A stretch of 40,356 nt of DNA from Burkholderiales bacterium (GTDB taxonomy: Bacteria; Pseudomonadota; Gammaproteobacteria; Burkholderiales; SG8-39). The stretch lies in contig JALHLN010000002.1 of NCBI GenBank assembly GCA_022844545.1, positions 1 to 40,356 of the forward strand, read 5' to 3'. Positions 38,688 to 40,356 of this stretch are shown one piece after another (position 1 is the first letter of the stretch; every line of letters starts with the position of its first letter). The notes under the pieces were generated by a model. That model worked only from the letters and a program-made list of their open reading frames with translations. It ran no database searches and was not told the origin of the DNA. The translations under genes were made by a program, and so were the position numbers.

Positions 38688-39113
38688 CTAGCACGAATCG
38701 CCCTTCTTGCCGATCCAGCAGGTGGTGGAGTTGTTCCAGCCCGACAGGCCGGTGAAGGTGGAGGTCTTGGTGTTGTCCTGGTTGATCGTATAGACCATGC
38801 CGCCAGTGCCCTGGTTGGCGATGCCGGTGGCGGTGCAGGTGTAGGCGGTCGCCGTCGGCGTGCCGCAGTCGTAGGTGAAGTAGCGCGTCCCGGCGACCGT
38901 GGTCCAGTTGGGCGTGCCGGTGACGTAGGTGCGGTTGTCCGAGAACCATTTCTCGGCCTTCAGCCGCAACTCGGCCAGGGTCGAGGTCGCTTCGGCGACC
39001 TTGCCGCGCCGGACATAGTCCTGGTATGAGGGCATGGCAATGGCGCCCAGGATGGCGATCACCGCCACCACCACCATCAGTTCGATCAGGGTAAATCCGC
39101 TTTGGCGACGCAT
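38688..39113 (-). CDS. pilE: Type IV pilin, PilE-like (prepilin-type N-terminal cleavage/methylation domain)
   Basis: C-terminal 141 aa of track ORF 38688..39764. MRRQSG-FTLIELMVVVAVIAILGAIAMPSYQDYVRRGKVAEATSTL..., with a C-terminal Cys pair ...TTCWIGKKGDSC. I cannot tell from sequence alone whether it is a minor pilin or the major pilin. Confidence 0.8.
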   Translation of the reverse strand: MRRQSGFTLIELMVVVAVIAILGAIAMPSYQDYVRRGKVAEATSTLAELRLKAEKWFSDNRTYVTGTPNWTTVAGTRYFTYDCGTPTATAYTCTATGIANQGTGGMVYTINQDNTKTSTFTGLSGWNNSTTCWIGKKGDSC

Positions 39114-39289
39114 GACATCCCTTTCCGTATGTGTGCATTCTGGGAACGCCGCCCGGGCCCGGCAAAAGCCGGCGATGAGCGGCCGTTTTGACGGCGCGAA
39201 CGGCTTGCCGCGTCCAGTATATAGGAACGAATTCACGGACTTATCGGATCGCCAGCGCGACGCCAGGGTGGCCCTGGAGGCGGTGGCGC

Positions 39290-39295
39290 TATAAT
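39290..39295 (+). promoter_or_regulatory. Candidate -10 (TATAAT) with GC-rich discriminator for tRNA-Thr
   Basis: TATAAT at 39290-39295 is followed by CGCGCCCTCCCGCGAG and then the tRNA 5' end at 39312. GC-rich discriminators are typical of stable-RNA promoters. No good -35 was seen. Confidence 0.4.
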
Positions 39296-39311
39296 CGCGC
39301 CCTCCCGCGAG

Positions 39312-39387
39312 GCTGCTGTAGCTCAGTTGGTAGAGCGCTTGATTCGTAATCATGAGGTCGCCCGTTCGATTCGGGCCAGCAGCACCA
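39312..39387 (+). tRNA. tRNA-Thr (anticodon CGT)
   Basis: Hand-folded 76-nt cloverleaf. Acceptor GCTGCTG/CAGCAGC. D arm GCTC-AGTTGGTA-GAGC. Anticodon stem CTTGA/TCATG (one U-U mismatch), loop TTCGTAA giving anticodon CGT. Variable loop AGGTC. T arm GCCCG-TTCGATT-CGGGC. Discriminator A and an encoded CCA. Confidence 0.9.
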
Positions 39388-39413
39388 CCCTGCATGCCCT
39401 TTGAGGGGAGCCG

Positions 39414-39794
39414 ATGGCGGCCAGGATCCTGGTAGTGGACGACGACGACAGCATGCGGGAGCTGATCCGCATCCACCTCTCGTCCGCGGGGTACGAGGTC
39501 ACCACCGCGGCCGACGGCATCGCCGCCGGGTACCTCGTCCTCAAGAGCCCGCCTGACCTGATCCTGACCGACGTCAACATGCCGCACATGGACGGCTTCG
39601 AGTTCATCGCTGCGCTGAAGTCCGACCAGTCGCTGCCCTCCATCCCGGTGATTTTCCTCACTTCGCAGGAAGAGGGTGACCAGCGCGGCAAGGAGCTGGG
39701 CGCGGTGGGCTACCTCACCAAGCCGGTGCGCGCCGAGAAGCTGCTGCAGTTGGTCGCCCAGCACGTTCCCGGCGGCGCCATCCCCATCGGCTGA
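39414..39794 (+). CDS. Single-domain CheY-like response regulator
   Basis: 126 aa. ARILVVDDDDSMRELI, phospho-acceptor context DLILTDVNMPHMDG, PVIFLTS and GYLTKP. All canonical receiver residues are present. RBS GAGGGGAG. Confidence 0.9.
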   Translation: MAARILVVDDDDSMRELIRIHLSSAGYEVTTAADGIAAGYLVLKSPPDLILTDVNMPHMDGFEFIAALKSDQSLPSIPVIFLTSQEEGDQRGKELGAVGYLTKPVRAEKLLQLVAQHVPGGAIPIG

Positions 39795-39807
39795 AAACGT
39801 GGACTGT

Positions 39808-39831
39808 CCCTGATTAAACCCTGATTAAACC
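39808..39831. repeat. Tandem direct repeat (CCCTGATTAAA x2 plus CC) in the convergent spacer
   Basis: Read directly: units at 39808-39818 and 39819-39829 are identical, followed by CC and a T5 run. This is an AT-rich island in GC-rich DNA. Confidence 0.9.
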
Positions 39832-39839
39832 TTTTTCAT

Positions 39840-40356
39840 CTAGGGGCAGTCGCGCAATTCGGTGCCGGGGAAGCCGGTGGTGAGTTCCCTGAGCATGACC
39901 TGCTGCGCGGCGGTGACGGCGCGCACCTGGAACCAGACCTTGGGCGCCTGCGCCTCGCGGGCGCCGACCTGCGCCGAGCGCACGCCGCGTCCCCGCAGCG
40001 CCTCCAGCCGGGCCTTGGCGGCATCCTCGGTGCGGAACACGCCCAGCGAGACCGCCCAGCGCGAAGGGCCCTCGTCCTGCACGATGAAATACTCCTCGGC
40101 GGCGAGACCCAGGCTCTTCAATTCCGCGGTCTTCTTCTGCGCCCCGGGGCGGTTGCCCTGCGGCGGGATGAATACCCACCAGCCGGCGGACTCCTCGCCG
40201 CGGCGCTGCGACAGCCGCTCGCCCAGCGCGAGCGCCTGCAGCGCCAGCTCGGCGCGCGCGACCTCCGCCGCCGCGAAGCCGCCCCATTCCAGGCAGGCGG
40301 CAGGCGGCGCATCCGCCGCGATGGGCTTCGGGTTCGGCTTGGGCGCCTCGGCCGGC
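39840..40356 (-). CDS. SPOR-domain protein (N-terminus beyond the right window edge)
   Basis: Track ORF 39840..40121 (93 aa) contains EEYFIVQDEGPSRWAVSLGVFRTEDAAKARLEALRGRGVRSAQV, which is SPOR-like. My translation shows the same frame (codons phased from 40355) stays open to the window edge: PAEAPKPNPKPIAADAPPAACLEWGGFAAAEVARAELALQALALGERL...WWVFIPPQGNRPGAQKKTAEL. The track start is therefore an artefact. Confidence 0.7.
   Translation of the reverse strand, partial: PAEAPKPNPKPIAADAPPAACLEWGGFAAAEVARAELALQALALGERLSQRRGEESAGWWVFIPPQGNRPGAQKKTAELKSLGLAAEEYFIVQDEGPSRWAVSLGVFRTEDAAKARLEALRGRGVRSAQVGAREAQAPKVWFQVRAVTAAQQVMLRELTTGFPGTELRDCP

Noticed and set aside
39202-39217. Sigma54-like CTGGACGCGGCAAGCC upstream of the pilE-like gene (minus strand)
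   Set aside because: Pilin genes are often sigma54-dependent, so I looked for a promoter here. The GG-to-GC spacing is one nucleotide too short for the strict -24/-12 geometry. Two other GG/GC combinations in the 198-bp spacer also fail on spacing. I could not identify the pilE-like promoter.
39312-39840. tRNA-Thr as a genomic-island integration site
   Set aside because: No integrase is present, I could find no direct repeat of the tRNA 3' end downstream, and the flanking genes look like core genes with normal GC-rich composition.

Overview
High-GC, very gene-dense proteobacterial chromosome segment; gene content and synteny look beta-proteobacterial. I call 40 protein-coding genes (2 cut by the window edges), one tRNA-Thr(CGU), two intrinsic terminators, one sigma54-type promoter candidate and a few short repeats or palindromes. 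Blocks, left to right: (1) a Rieske oxygenase (partial) divergent from xseB-ispA-dxs, then folE2 and pcm. (2) A retropepsin-like protease, a class I glutamine amidotransferase and yajQ. (3) argG bracketed by two orphan secreted proteins. (4) A LIV-family ABC transporter split into two convergent halves, with an acyl-CoA ligase. (5) argD-argF and a wing-domain Orn/Lys/Arg decarboxylase. (6) DUF3579, rpsT, murJ, a SirB1-like gene, DUF962, and ribF-ileS-lspA-(HD hydrolase)-ispH. (7) A type IV pilus minor-pilin operon: pilE-like, FimT/GspH-like, pilV, pilW, pilX, a giant pilY1 and a TonB-C-domain gene. (8) tRNA-Thr, a CheY-like regulator and a SPOR protein (partial). The rpsT-murJ-ribF-ileS-lspA-ispH-pil neighbourhood is the one known from Pseudomonas aeruginosa. 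I found no CRISPR array, IS element, integrase, prophage, toxin-antitoxin or recognisable defence genes. Most long ORFs in the supplied track are antisense or out-of-frame shadows typical of GC-rich DNA. The best candidate for something new is the pilus block. Its 1644-aa PilY1 carries an internally duplicated module in the vWA region that resembles the flagellin IN motif, and an orphan TonB-C-domain protein is translationally coupled to its 3' end. Secondary leads: a secreted protein with a transglutaminase-like Cys-His-Asp arrangement next to argG; a zinc-ribbon tail on the LivM-like permease; a small (p)ppGpp-hydrolase-like HD protein inside the ileS-lspA-ispH operon; and several starts with leaderless or overlapping geometry. 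All calls come from reading the sequence and remembered family motifs. No searches were run, and start codons are the least certain part.
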